Shown: one piece after another, positions 37,827 through 47,326 of the stretch | How the letters are laid out: each line of letters opens with the position of its first letter | Position numbering within the stretch: the first letter of the stretch is position 1 | From: Planctomycetota bacterium | GTDB lineage: Bacteria; Planctomycetota; MHYJ01; JACQXL01 | Assembly: GCA_038059695.1 (NCBI GenBank) | Contig: JBBTIZ010000069.1 | Span: forward strand, 2,969-66,968 | DNA length: 64,000 nucleotides | Direction of reading: 5' to 3' | Translations under genes and position numbers: made by a program | The notes under the pieces: generated by a model | The model's database searches: none | Seen by the model: only the letters and a program-made list of their open reading frames with translations | Told to the model about the DNA's origin: nothing

Positions 37827-38198
37827 TTACTTCTTGGCTTCGGCTGTTGCGGTTACGGCAACCGTTGGCAACGCCGTTTCTTTAACGCTATTAAGCTTCT
37901 TTTCTTTCATTGACGACTCTATTACCAGGATTAATGACCTGATAAGAGAGGTTGACAGGTCGCATTCCCGCCTGATTTTAGAGATATTCTCCGGCTCGGT
38001 CTCAAAATAGGAAAGGTAATAAGTCCCACGCCGGTGTCCCTTTATCTTATAAGCCAGGTTTTTATCAGCCCATTTCATTTCCTTCAGGATTTTGACCTCA
38101 TACTTACCCAGGATATTATGGATATGTTCGGGCATCTTACCGTCTTTGGTAGATGTTGCCGGGTCAACCAGAAACATTGCCTCATAGGTTTTCATCAT
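37827..38198 (-). CDS. rpsF: Ribosomal protein S6
   Basis: YEAMFLVDP...W..R.LAY.I...R.G.Y. Confidence 0.85.
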   Translation of the reverse strand: MMKTYEAMFLVDPATSTKDGKMPEHIHNILGKYEVKILKEMKWADKNLAYKIKGHRRGTYYLSYFETEPENISKIRRECDLSTSLIRSLILVIESSMKEKKLNSVKETALPTVAVTATAEAKK

Positions 38199-38309
38199 AA
38201 CTTTCTCCTAATTAGAACCGGTTAGAACTAAGCGAAACGTGACTCCGAGCACCCCGAAATCTTTAGGGGCGCGCAGGTCAACTCAGCGAGTTACCGGCTC
38301 TTATCCCGT

Positions 38310-38888
38310 CTAAGCGGGACAATTATATTTATTCATACTCTTTTCAATGCCGTTCTGTACATAAAATATTATTGCTTCAACAGCTCTGGAAATAATCTGT
38401 TGCATCTCTTTTTCTTCCGTCTTAGTGAATCTTTCTAATACAAATTCCACCGGGTCAACTCGTTCCGGCAAACCAATACCGATGCGAAGTCGATGGAACT
38501 TATTATTGCCCAATTGCTCAACAATCGATTGCAATCCCTTATGGCCTCCGCTGGAACCCTCACGGCGAAACCTGATAGCCCCAAACGGAAGGTTATAATC
38601 ATCCGCTACTACCAGCAAGCCCCCTACCGGTTCTGAAATGCTTTGCATTATTCCGGCTAAGGTCCGGCCGGAATTATTCATATAGGTCTGGGGCTTTACC
38701 AGCATCGCCTTATCGCCGGAAACAACCCCCTTACTTATCAAGGCCCTGTATTCTTCCCGCATCCGGAAAGTCCTTCCGCCTGAAAACTCTGCAGAACCTG
38801 CCAAATTGTCAATGACCATAAACCCGACATTATGTCGGGTCAATTCATATTTCTTGCCCGGATTACCCAATCCTATAATAATTAACAC
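38310..38888 (-). CDS. pth: Peptidyl-tRNA hydrolase
   Basis: IIGLGNPGKKYELTRHNVGF and GGHKGLQSI. Confidence 0.9.
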   Translation of the reverse strand: MLIIIGLGNPGKKYELTRHNVGFMVIDNLAGSAEFSGGRTFRMREEYRALISKGVVSGDKAMLVKPQTYMNNSGRTLAGIMQSISEPVGGLLVVADDYNLPFGAIRFRREGSSGGHKGLQSIVEQLGNNKFHRLRIGIGLPERVDPVEFVLERFTKTEEKEMQQIISRAVEAIIFYVQNGIEKSMNKYNCPA

Positions 38889-38893
38889 ACAAA

Positions 38894-39637
38894 TTACTTC
38901 TTATGTTCCTTAGATTCCTTAGCCGTCGCGGCTTTGGCATCCTGCCCCCCAGAACGACCGTCAGGTCGGGCAGGCTTGGCGCCGGGTGCGGCTTTTCCCG
39001 CTGTTTCACCTTCTTCTTCAGTCGGTTTCTTTGCGGTAATCACTTCAGGTTCGGCCGGCGCGCCCTCAATCGGCGTCGGAGCAACCTCTTCTACCTTCGG
39101 CAGATGCACGCCTGCCACCGCCACATCAACACCCGCTACAGTAGTAACGCCGGGAGGCAGAACTAAATCCTTTACCCTGATTACCCCGTTTAATTCAAGA
39201 TGACTGACGTCAAATTCAATCTTCTCGGGAATAGCAGTCGGAAGACATTTGATACTTATGGATTTTAACGTATGTTCCAAAACACCGCCTTCCTTAACGC
39301 CCTTGGGAATGCCTTTGAGAATAATCTCAACCTGGACATTGATAAATTCATCCATCGCTACCCTGGCGAAATCAATATGAACAATGACTTCATCAGCCCC
39401 GTTGTATTTCAATTCCTTTACCAGCACCTTTTCGGTCTTGTTCGGCAACACCAAATCAATAAGCCGTGCGCTGTGCCCGAGTAATTTAAACGCATCTTTT
39501 TTATTCACCACTAATGCCTGGTTGGCATCCTTGCCGCCGTATATGACGGCCGGAACCAAACTCTGGAGGCGCATCCTCCGGCACTCCTTGCTGCCCTTCT
39601 TGTCTCTCAATTCTGCCTTCACTGAAATCGTTTCCAT
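38894..39637 (-). CDS. rplY: Ribosomal protein L25 / general stress protein Ctc
   Basis: R...G.PAVIYG and a C-terminal A/P/K-rich tail. Confidence 0.85.
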   Translation of the reverse strand: METISVKAELRDKKGSKECRRMRLQSLVPAVIYGGKDANQALVVNKKDAFKLLGHSARLIDLVLPNKTEKVLVKELKYNGADEVIVHIDFARVAMDEFINVQVEIILKGIPKGVKEGGVLEHTLKSISIKCLPTAIPEKIEFDVSHLELNGVIRVKDLVLPPGVTTVAGVDVAVAGVHLPKVEEVAPTPIEGAPAEPEVITAKKPTEEEGETAGKAAPGAKPARPDGRSGGQDAKAATAKESKEHKK

Positions 39638-39659
39638 AAATCCACTTTCTCCTAATCTA

Positions 39660-40607
39660 TTATATAAATAACGAACTCACCGATTCACTGTTATGGATGC
39701 GCCTAATGGTTTCGCCCAGCAAATCCGATATTGACAATACTTTTATAAACGGTCTTAACTTGGAGGGGTTTAAAGGTATAGTATCAGTAACAATTACCTC
39801 TTTAGGTTTGACTTTGGTTAATTTTTCTATGGCAGTACCGCAGAGAACTGCGTGAGTAGCACAGACATAGACATTCTTTGCGCCCTCATTTCTTAACACC
39901 TCGACCGCTTCGCTTATAGTGGTAGCCGTGGATATCATATCATCAACCAGCAGGACATTCTTGCCAGCCACATCTCCGATAATATGCATCACCTCGGTCT
40001 GCCTGGAACCGATGCGTCTTTTATCCACAATGGCCAGTTCGGCATTCAATTTCTTGGCGTATGAACGTGCCATCTTTATACCGCCTACATCCGGCGAAAC
40101 CACAGTCATATTGGGTATATTAAGCCGCTGAAGATAATCTATCATCACCGGCGCGGCATAAAGGTGGTCCAGCGGAATATCAAAGAATGCCTGTATCTGT
40201 GCAGCATGCAAATCTATGGTCAATACCCGATCAGCCTTAGCTGTAGTAATCATATTGGCTACCACCTTGGCAGTAATGGGCACACGACCTTCGGCTTTGC
40301 GGTCCTGCCGGGCATAGCCGAAATAAGGCAATACCGCGGTCACCCTTTCAGCCGAGGCGCGCTTCAGACAATCAATGATAATCATCAGTTCCATCAGGTT
40401 ATCATTGCTCGGGGTGCAGGTTGACTGAATCACAAACACATCCGCCCCGCGCACGTCGTCATTAATCTTAATCTCTATCTCGCCGTCCGGGAATGTGCCG
40501 ATATGGATATCGCCCACCTTGACGCCTAATTTGGCGCAGACCTTACGGCTTAAGGCAACGCTGGCGCTGCCGCTGAAAACCTGTAACCGATTTCTTAAGC
40601 CCATCAT
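39660..40607 (-). CDS. prs: Ribose-phosphate pyrophosphokinase
   Basis: FPDGEIEIKI, LPYFGYARQDRK and LVDDMISTATT. Confidence 0.95.
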   Translation of the reverse strand: MMGLRNRLQVFSGSASVALSRKVCAKLGVKVGDIHIGTFPDGEIEIKINDDVRGADVFVIQSTCTPSNDNLMELMIIIDCLKRASAERVTAVLPYFGYARQDRKAEGRVPITAKVVANMITTAKADRVLTIDLHAAQIQAFFDIPLDHLYAAPVMIDYLQRLNIPNMTVVSPDVGGIKMARSYAKKLNAELAIVDKRRIGSRQTEVMHIIGDVAGKNVLLVDDMISTATTISEAVEVLRNEGAKNVYVCATHAVLCGTAIEKLTKVKPKEVIVTDTIPLNPSKLRPFIKVLSISDLLGETIRRIHNSESVSSLFI

Positions 40608-40665
40608 CTTATATTTCTCCTTTTAGAGCCGGTTAGGGATTCCGACCCGAAGGGGCGGAAGACCG

Positions 40666-42063
40666 TTACCGGCTCTTATCCCGACAGTTTTTATCGGGAT
40701 TAGCCAGTGGTCTGGCTGGAATTCCCACCACGGTCTCACCATTGGCTACACTCTTACCTCGGGTCACGACTGCCCCGGCGCCGGTCCTGGAATTCTTACC
40801 CATCTTCACCGGTGCGACCAGAATAGTCCCGCTGCCGGTTGAGGCGCCATCCTCTATAACTGTCTGCTCTTTGTGCACCCCGTCATAATTTGCCGTAATG
40901 GTGCCGGCTCCGATATTGACATTGTCTCCGATAATAGCATCACCTAAATAACTCAGGTGCTTGGCTTTGGAATACCGGCCCAGACGGGTCTTCTTGGCTT
41001 CGGTAAAATTACCGATTTCCGCGCCGTCCTCAAGAACCGTTCCGCCTCTTAAATGGCTGAAAGGCCCGACCTCACACCCGGAACCAATCACTACGTTAGA
41101 ATGTATTACGGTAAAAGGATAAATCAACGTATCCCTGCCAATTGCCACTCCTTCCTCAATATAGGTATTTTCCGGAGCGACAATTGTTACGCCTCCTTTA
41201 ATAAAATCATTAACTATCCGCTGGCGCATTATTGCGCCGGCAGTATTAAGCTCATTCTGGGTGTTTACCCCCAAACACTCAGCCGGATTTTCGGCCAGGA
41301 ATCCTTTTATCTTCTTACCTTCTCTGGCCATAATATCTATGACATTGGTCAGATAATACTCGCCGTTTACGGGATTGGGCTTTACCTTATCCAATGCCCT
41401 AAAAACATCCGGGGTAAAGACATAGGTTCCTGAATTTATCTCCTTTATCTTCTTCTGTTTCTCGGTTGCTTCCTTGGCCTCGACAATACCTGTTACATTC
41501 CCCTTTTTATCTCGCACCATCCGACCGTAAGCAGCCGGGTTATCTAACTCGCAGGTAAGAATTGTAGCCGCAGTTTTAGGCGAATCCAGATGTGCCTGAA
41601 TGAGTTCCCTTAACAAACCGGCACTCATCAACGGCGTATCGCCGCAAAGAACCAGAATCAACCCGTCGAATCCTTCTAAAAATGACCGGGTTCTGGCTAA
41701 GGCATCGCCTGAACCTTTCAATTGATACTGGTTAACCCACTGGACGTTCTCACTCCTGAAGGCATCCTTTACCTTATCCCGTTCATGGCCTATGACTACA
41801 TAGGTTTTTTCTAAACTATCTAACTCCCTTAGCGCCTTAAGCGTATAATAAAGCAACGGCTTACCGCATATTTCCTGGAGCACCTTGGAACGGGACGCTC
41901 GGCTGAGCCCTTCGGCAGTAATCTCAGGGCCGAACTGCTCAGTCGAGGCCTCCGAAGCCATCCGCGTCCCTTTGCCCGCGGCCAAAACCACCGTAGCGAC
42001 CCGCAACGGAATACCATTATGTGGAAGTCCCGTAGGGACGATTTTAATCTCGCCTTTCTTCAT
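40666..42063 (-). CDS. glmU: Bifunctional GlcNAc-1-P uridyltransferase / GlcN-1-P acetyltransferase
   Basis: LAAGKGTRM and a C-terminal left-handed beta-helix hexapeptides. Carries an extra loop after GTRM. Confidence 0.9.
   Translation of the reverse strand: MKKGEIKIVPTGLPHNGIPLRVATVVLAAGKGTRMASEASTEQFGPEITAEGLSRASRSKVLQEICGKPLLYYTLKALRELDSLEKTYVVIGHERDKVKDAFRSENVQWVNQYQLKGSGDALARTRSFLEGFDGLILVLCGDTPLMSAGLLRELIQAHLDSPKTAATILTCELDNPAAYGRMVRDKKGNVTGIVEAKEATEKQKKIKEINSGTYVFTPDVFRALDKVKPNPVNGEYYLTNVIDIMAREGKKIKGFLAENPAECLGVNTQNELNTAGAIMRQRIVNDFIKGGVTIVAPENTYIEEGVAIGRDTLIYPFTVIHSNVVIGSGCEVGPFSHLRGGTVLEDGAEIGNFTEAKKTRLGRYSKAKHLSYLGDAIIGDNVNIGAGTITANYDGVHKEQTVIEDGASTGSGTILVAPVKMGKNSRTGAGAVVTRGKSVANGETVVGIPARPLANPDKNCRDKSR
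41903..41942. repeat. Small inverted repeat inside the glmU extra loop
   Basis: CTGAGCCCTTCGG (41903-41915) versus CCGAACTGCTCAG (41930-41942), 11 of 13 positions complementary. Confidence 0.55.
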
Positions 42064-42102
42064 TTACAATCCCTGATTATATTCTATATATCCCGCGAAG
42101 TG

Positions 42103-42600
42103 TTATTTCGGGGATTCAACCGGAGCCGGTGTATGCTCCGGCGCTGAATTATCAGCCCCGATAAACTTTTCCAGTTCCTCTATAGCCAAATCCACGCCGT
42201 CTTTCTGGGCTTTTAACTGCTTCACCAAAATCCCAACCGATGCCTGAAGATTCTGACTGAGTTTCACCATCGTCTCTTCCTTGATGGCGGCTAAATCCTT
42301 AAGGGCGGTTTTGATATCCTCAAGCCGTTTTTCTATTTCCTTCATCATCTTCTGTTCGCGGTCATACATCTGGGTATCCACATAACTCTTAAGGGCATAA
42401 CTTGATTCAATATTGGCAATACGTTTGGATGCCTCCATCTCAAACTTACCGATGGAGTCCTTAACCTGCTTGGACAATTCCGCGGTGGTCTCTTCCTTGC
42501 TCTTCTTGATTTCCTCAAGAACGAACCCCTTGGAGGCGCAACCAATAAGCATACTGCCTCCCAATAAAATTGCGCTGCCGAGCACTACTAACTTCCTCAT
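42103..42600 (-). CDS. Coiled-coil lipoprotein, unknown function
   Basis: Lipobox LIGC and a helical K/E-rich body. Confidence 0.5.
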   Translation of the reverse strand: MRKLVVLGSAILLGGSMLIGCASKGFVLEEIKKSKEETTAELSKQVKDSIGKFEMEASKRIANIESSYALKSYVDTQMYDREQKMMKEIEKRLEDIKTALKDLAAIKEETMVKLSQNLQASVGILVKQLKAQKDGVDLAIEELEKFIGADNSAPEHTPAPVESPK

Positions 42601-42674
42601 ATCCCCTCCTTAAAAACTGTTAGCCCCTTAGTCGATTACGACCAAAGAGTGTCCCGTTAGGGACAGTTTATTAT

Positions 42675-43946
42675 TTACTTTCCTCTTATTTCTTCAACAA
42701 GAGCGTTTATTTTTACTTCCTTCTCAGTGCCGCTTGCCATTTCCTTTAATTTAACCATTCCCTTGGCGAGTTCATCTGGTCCGAGAACCACCACAAACCG
42801 CGCCTTGAGTTTATCCGCATTTCTGAACTGCGCCTTGACGCTCTTGGCCTCGTAATCCATATCAGCCCAGATTGACTCACTCCTCAGATGCCTTATCATC
42901 TGAAACGCTTGTGAGCCCAAGGCCTGGTCCGTGGTCACGACATACACTGCCGGCGCCGGTTGGCCAATCTCCTTCTTAACAGTATTCTTCAGGACATCAA
43001 TTACCCGCTCCAGGCCGATGCCAAACCCGACGGCCGGAGTGGCCGGACCGCCCATTTCGGCGATGAGGTTATCGTACCTACCGCCGCCGCAGAGCGTATC
43101 CTGCGCGCCCAACCCGGAGTGGGTTATCTCAAAAACCGTCCGGGTATAATAATCAAACCCCCGGACCAGATGATTGTTCAGATTATAACTTATCTTGTTA
43201 TCATCCAGCCCTTTTAGTACCGCCTCAAAATGCCCCTTGCAACCCGAACAGAGGTATTTCTCTAAGGGCTCAATTTGAGACCCAATTTCATAACATTTCC
43301 TGTTCTTGCAGTCAAGAATTCTCAGGATATTTTTGCTAAATCTGCGCTGGCAGTCATCGCACAGGTCCGCCATTGATTTGGACATCTGGTTTCTCAGCGC
43401 TTCAGTATATGTCTTGCGGCATTCCGGGCAACCGATGGAATTTATGCTTAACCGGCAATCCTTGATGCCCAATGCCTCAAAGAATCTCAGCGCCAGGTCA
43501 ATCACCTCAACGTCAAGCAAGGGATGGTCGGAACCAAGCGCCTCAACGCCGACCGAATGAAACTGACGCAGGCGGCCTTTCTGCGGACGCTCATACCTGA
43601 ATAAAGGCCCCAGATAATAAAACTTCTGGAATCTCTTAATCTTATCCAGATTATTTTCCAGATAGGCGCGGACTACCGGAGGAGTCAACTCCGGCCTGAG
43701 CGCAATAATATCCTTATCCTCAGGTTCGTTTTTCCGTGACTGCAACAAATACATCTGCTTTTCCACCACATCGGACGTTTCACCGGTAGAGTGGTTAAAG
43801 ACAGAACAAAACTCCATTATGGGCGTGCGGATTTCCGAGTAGCCGTATCTGCCGAAGATATCCTTAACCGTATCCTCAACAAACTTCCAGAGCCCAATCT
43901 GCTCCGGCAGGATATCCTCGGTCCCTTGCGGTTTTCTTAATTTCAT
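42675..43946 (-). CDS. hisS: Histidyl-tRNA synthetase
   Basis: GTEDILP, FRYERPQKGRLRQFHS and GGGRYD. Start at MKLRKPQGT. Confidence 0.9.
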   Translation of the reverse strand: MKLRKPQGTEDILPEQIGLWKFVEDTVKDIFGRYGYSEIRTPIMEFCSVFNHSTGETSDVVEKQMYLLQSRKNEPEDKDIIALRPELTPPVVRAYLENNLDKIKRFQKFYYLGPLFRYERPQKGRLRQFHSVGVEALGSDHPLLDVEVIDLALRFFEALGIKDCRLSINSIGCPECRKTYTEALRNQMSKSMADLCDDCQRRFSKNILRILDCKNRKCYEIGSQIEPLEKYLCSGCKGHFEAVLKGLDDNKISYNLNNHLVRGFDYYTRTVFEITHSGLGAQDTLCGGGRYDNLIAEMGGPATPAVGFGIGLERVIDVLKNTVKKEIGQPAPAVYVVTTDQALGSQAFQMIRHLRSESIWADMDYEAKSVKAQFRNADKLKARFVVVLGPDELAKGMVKLKEMASGTEKEVKINALVEEIRGK

Positions 43947-44016
43947 TCTTTTATGTATAGTAAAGGCCTCGGATAATATCAAGAAATTAAATATGAATAA
44001 TGCAGCGGTGCGCAGA

Positions 44017-45012
44017 TTATTCCAGCGATTCTGTCATGACTTTATAAATCCGGTCCGTGTCATCGCCAAGTTTACATTCTATCCATTTTATGTCCGGGAA
44101 TCGCCTGAACCAGGTCATCTGTTTCCGGGCTAAATAACGGGTGCCCTTTTTGACTTCCTCTTTGGCCGCCTCTAATGTGATTTCTCCATTTAGATGCCTG
44201 ACAATCTCTTTGTAACCGATGGCATCCCCGGACTGCTTACCCAATCCCTTGCCAGAATTAATTAACCCTTTAACCTCTTCTACCAGGCCATGCTTAAACA
44301 TCCGCTCAACCCGCTCGTTAATCCGCTGGTATAATTCCTCCGACTTCCATTTCAGGCCAACCATCGTCACCGGATAGCGCAATTCGGTTTTCTTAAAATG
44401 CGTCTGTAATGTCGAAATGGGTTTGCCGGTTATTTTATAGACCTCCAACGCCCGGATAATCCGCTTGCGGTCATTGGCATGAATCTTATCTGCCTTGGCC
44501 GGGTCAACCTTCATCAATTGCTCATAGAGAAAAGCCAGCCCCTTTTCCGAAGCGGTCTTTTCCATCTCGGCCCTTAATTGTGAATCACTGCCTGAATCAG
44601 CAAATATCCCGTAGAGCAATGCCTTGAGATAAAGCGGCGTCCCGCAGACCAGCAACGGCTTTTTGCCCCGTTTAATAATATCGGCAATAGCCCGGTCGCA
44701 GTCACTGACGAACTTAGCCACATTATATTCTTCATACGGCTCAATTATATCTATGAGATGATATCTTATCTTCTTCCTCTGCTCGGCGTTCGGCTTGGAC
44801 GTTCCGATATCCATACCCCGGTATATCTTCATTGAGTCAACCGAGATTATTTCGTAATCACTATGGCGGGCAATTCGGGAGGCAATGGCGCTCTTACCGC
44901 TGGCGGTCTGGCCGATGATTATCCTGAGCCCCGTTAGAGATGAATTAGAAAGACATTGTCCCATAAATCTACCTTGCGTATTCATCTCTAACGGGGTGAG
45001 CATACCTTCCAC
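44017..45012 (-). CDS. miaA: tRNA dimethylallyltransferase
   Basis: P-loop GQTASGKS, DSMKIYRGMDIGT and YAKRQ-like ARKQMTWFR. The N-terminus is repeat-encoded and the start is uncertain (45012 or 44964). Confidence 0.85.
   Translation of the reverse strand: MEGMLTPLEMNTQGRFMGQCLSNSSLTGLRIIIGQTASGKSAIASRIARHSDYEIISVDSMKIYRGMDIGTSKPNAEQRKKIRYHLIDIIEPYEEYNVAKFVSDCDRAIADIIKRGKKPLLVCGTPLYLKALLYGIFADSGSDSQLRAEMEKTASEKGLAFLYEQLMKVDPAKADKIHANDRKRIIRALEVYKITGKPISTLQTHFKKTELRYPVTMVGLKWKSEELYQRINERVERMFKHGLVEEVKGLINSGKGLGKQSGDAIGYKEIVRHLNGEITLEAAKEEVKKGTRYLARKQMTWFRRFPDIKWIECKLGDDTDRIYKVMTESLE
44929..44996. repeat. Hairpin/TIR element, CCCCGTTAGA family, copy 2 (inside miaA 5' end)
   Basis: CCCCGTTAGAGATGAAT...ATTCATCTCTAACGGGG. 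Confidence 0.8.
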
Positions 45013-45014
45013 GT

Positions 45015-45470
45015 TTAATAATCATGCGGCGGTTTCGTAGGCAAGTCAGGGTCAATGGTATGGTCAAACTTATCCTTGATATCGTCCATTGTCTGCTTGG
45101 GGACAAAGCGGGTATGCATCCAATAGCACACATAAAGCAAGAACCCGATTATGACAATAAATTCAAACGGGCTGAATATCTTTGGAGTGATACAGGCATT
45201 GATGGTATCGGCAATCCCGCTGACCACGCCCTGGATAATGGGTATCTTTTTATAACTGGACAGGAAATCAGCCGCAATCTTGACGCCCTTGACGCCGATT
45301 AATACCGCGGCAAAAAGCGCGCCAAAAAAAGCAATATTCCGGCCCAAAAAACCTCTCAGCAAACGCTCGGTCATGCGCCAGACCAACCAGACCAATCCTG
45401 CGGTGGTGATGCAGGAAAATAAGAATGCCACCACGCCATCGGCTATCTGCCAACCTGTCGGTTCTGTCAT
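45015..45470 (-). CDS. Integral membrane protein, unknown function
   Basis: Four hydrophobic segments. Stop abuts the miaA start. Confidence 0.5.
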   Translation of the reverse strand: MTEPTGWQIADGVVAFLFSCITTAGLVWLVWRMTERLLRGFLGRNIAFFGALFAAVLIGVKGVKIAADFLSSYKKIPIIQGVVSGIADTINACITPKIFSPFEFIVIIGFLLYVCYWMHTRFVPKQTMDDIKDKFDHTIDPDLPTKPPHDY

Positions 45471-45618
45471 ATACGGCTCCTCTCATTAAAAATAAAGTAA
45501 TCAACGAGGGTAAACCTCGTTGTCTACCGTAATTTATTGGTAGACAACGACCTTTATGGTCGTTGATATCCAAATTATCTGCTATTTCTAATCATGTCAA
45601 TGAATAATACTCAAAAAC

Positions 45619-46107
45619 TTGACTCTATCAGCCGATACTATTACTGTTATGCAAAAGAGTCAAAAGATACCCCGGCTCAGCCCGGAGTTGAGTGAGTTAT
45701 TAGAAAGCAAAGCAACTATGAAACGACTGCCGCAGACCGAAGAGATATTCAAGCGGTTTGAGATAGGCCTGTACGAAGCCGCCCTGCGCTCAAACCCGAA
45801 TAACGTCGAAGCCCTCAGGTCACTGGGCTATATCTATTCCAGCGAGGGGCTGCACGACAAAGCCGTGGAGATAGACAAACGCTTAGTCCGGCTCCTGCCT
45901 GACGAATCCATTGTCCATTACAACCTGGCCTGTTCATACTCGCAACTCAATAATCTTGAAGGCGCCCTGAATGAACTGGAGATGTCCATGCTATTGGGCT
46001 ATAACGACTGGAAACATATGGATGGCGACAAAGACCTGGACAACCTCAAGAAAGACCCCCGCTACCAGCAAATACTGTCCACCCTGAAGAAGAAATATAT
46101 TGTCTGA
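45619..46107 (+). CDS. TPR-repeat protein
   Basis: LGYIYSSEGLHDKAVEIDKRLVRLLPD and YNLACSYSQLNNLEGAL TPR units. Confidence 0.65.
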   Translation: MTLSADTITVMQKSQKIPRLSPELSELLESKATMKRLPQTEEIFKRFEIGLYEAALRSNPNNVEALRSLGYIYSSEGLHDKAVEIDKRLVRLLPDESIVHYNLACSYSQLNNLEGALNELEMSMLLGYNDWKHMDGDKDLDNLKKDPRYQQILSTLKKKYIV

Positions 46108-46116
46108 TAAATCCTG

Positions 46117-46185
46117 CCACGAAGGCACAAAGACACTAAGAATAAATTAACTGGCTGTTTTCTTCGTGCCTTAGTGTCTTAGTGG
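46117..46185. repeat. Inverted run of CCACGAAG/GCACAAAG/ACACTAAG 8-bp modules
   Basis: Left run 46117-46140 and inverted run ending at 46185. Overlaps the GTG start proposed by the ORF track for queC. Confidence 0.75.
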
Positions 46186-46232
46186 CTAAATTTACTTGCG
46201 TCCGTAGGGTATATTTTCCTATACTACGAAAT

Positions 46233-46841
46233 ATGCAATCAATTATTCTCCTCTCCGGCGGACTTGATTCGGCGGTTTCTCTGGCCCTGGCGCTCAGAAA
46301 AGGACTCAAGGTAAAGTTAGCCCTGACCTTTGAGTACGGACAGAAATCAGCCCAACAGGAAATCCGCTCGGCCCGATTCCTCTGTCGCAAATATCACATC
46401 CCGCATAAGGTATTCAACCTAAAATGGCTGGGTAAGCTGGCCGCCAATCCGCTGACCGATAAAACCAAACCGATTCCCAAACGATTCGCCTCCCATCTGG
46501 TCTGGATTCCCAACCGCAATGCCCTGTTCATTAATATCGCGGCTTCGTTTGCCGAGGCGCTGGGTTACCGATACATCATCACCGGATTCAACAAGGAAGA
46601 GGCCGTCAATTTCCCGGACAACTCCGTTGCCTTTATCAATGCCATCAACCAGACACTCAAATACTCAACTCTTCACGGCAATGTCAAGGTAGTAAGTTTT
46701 ACCTCTAAGATGAACAAAAAACAGATGATTGACCAGGCCCGGAAATTGGGATTACCGCTGGATAAACTCTGGAGTTGCTATGAAGGCGGCAAGGCCCCCT
46801 GCGGCGCCTGCGAATCCTGTCTGCACCGGGGTAAGTATTAA
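46233..46841 (+). CDS. queC: 7-cyano-7-deazaguanine synthase
   Basis: LLSGGLDS PP-loop and a C-terminal CGACESCLHR zinc site. Confidence 0.9.
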   Translation: MQSIILLSGGLDSAVSLALALRKGLKVKLALTFEYGQKSAQQEIRSARFLCRKYHIPHKVFNLKWLGKLAANPLTDKTKPIPKRFASHLVWIPNRNALFINIAASFAEALGYRYIITGFNKEEAVNFPDNSVAFINAINQTLKYSTLHGNVKVVSFTSKMNKKQMIDQARKLGLPLDKLWSCYEGGKAPCGACESCLHRGKY

Positions 46842-46882
46842 ATCCCCATTAATCCCTCCGTACGAAGGGAAATAGGTGGATT
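46842..46882. repeat. Degenerate CCCC..GGGG-family palindromic element
   Basis: ATCCCCATTAATCCCTCCGTACGAAGGGAAATAGGTGGATT. Confidence 0.65.
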
Positions 46883-46941
46883 AGACACCTAAATTTACCA
46901 CAACTTATTAAATTTTATAGAGTTAGGTTATTTTACCCGTT

Positions 46942-47311
46942 CACCAATATTTCTTCCCCGGAGTCCCAGATTTCTTTCCGGGAGTCCCAGATTTCTTCCC
47001 CGTAACTACGGATTTCTTTCCGGTAACTACAGATTTCTTCCCGGTAACTACGGATTTCTTTCCGGTAACTACGGATTTCTTCCCGGTAACTACGGATTTC
47101 TTTCCGGTAACTACGGATTTCTTCCCCGTATATACGGATTTATTCCCCGTATATACGGATTTATTCCCTGTATATACAGATTTCTTTCCCAATGCACCGG
47201 GGACTTTCCGCCCTGAGACGGAATCTTTCCACCTTGAGGTGGGAACTCTCCACCTTGAGACGGGAACTTTCCGCCCTGGGGCGGAAACCTTCAGCCCCTG
47301 GACGGGACTCC
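46942..47311. repeat. Tandem array 3: about 17 units of 21 bp, each a short palindrome plus ATTTCTTYC
   Basis: ATTTCT/ATTTAT anchors every 21 bp from 46970 to 47180, and CTTTCC-type anchors every 21 bp from 47204 to 47288. Coincides with track ORF 46941-47405 (KKSVVTG repeats), whose coding status is doubtful. Confidence 0.85.
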
Positions 47312-47326
47312 TATATGCAGCGTGAG

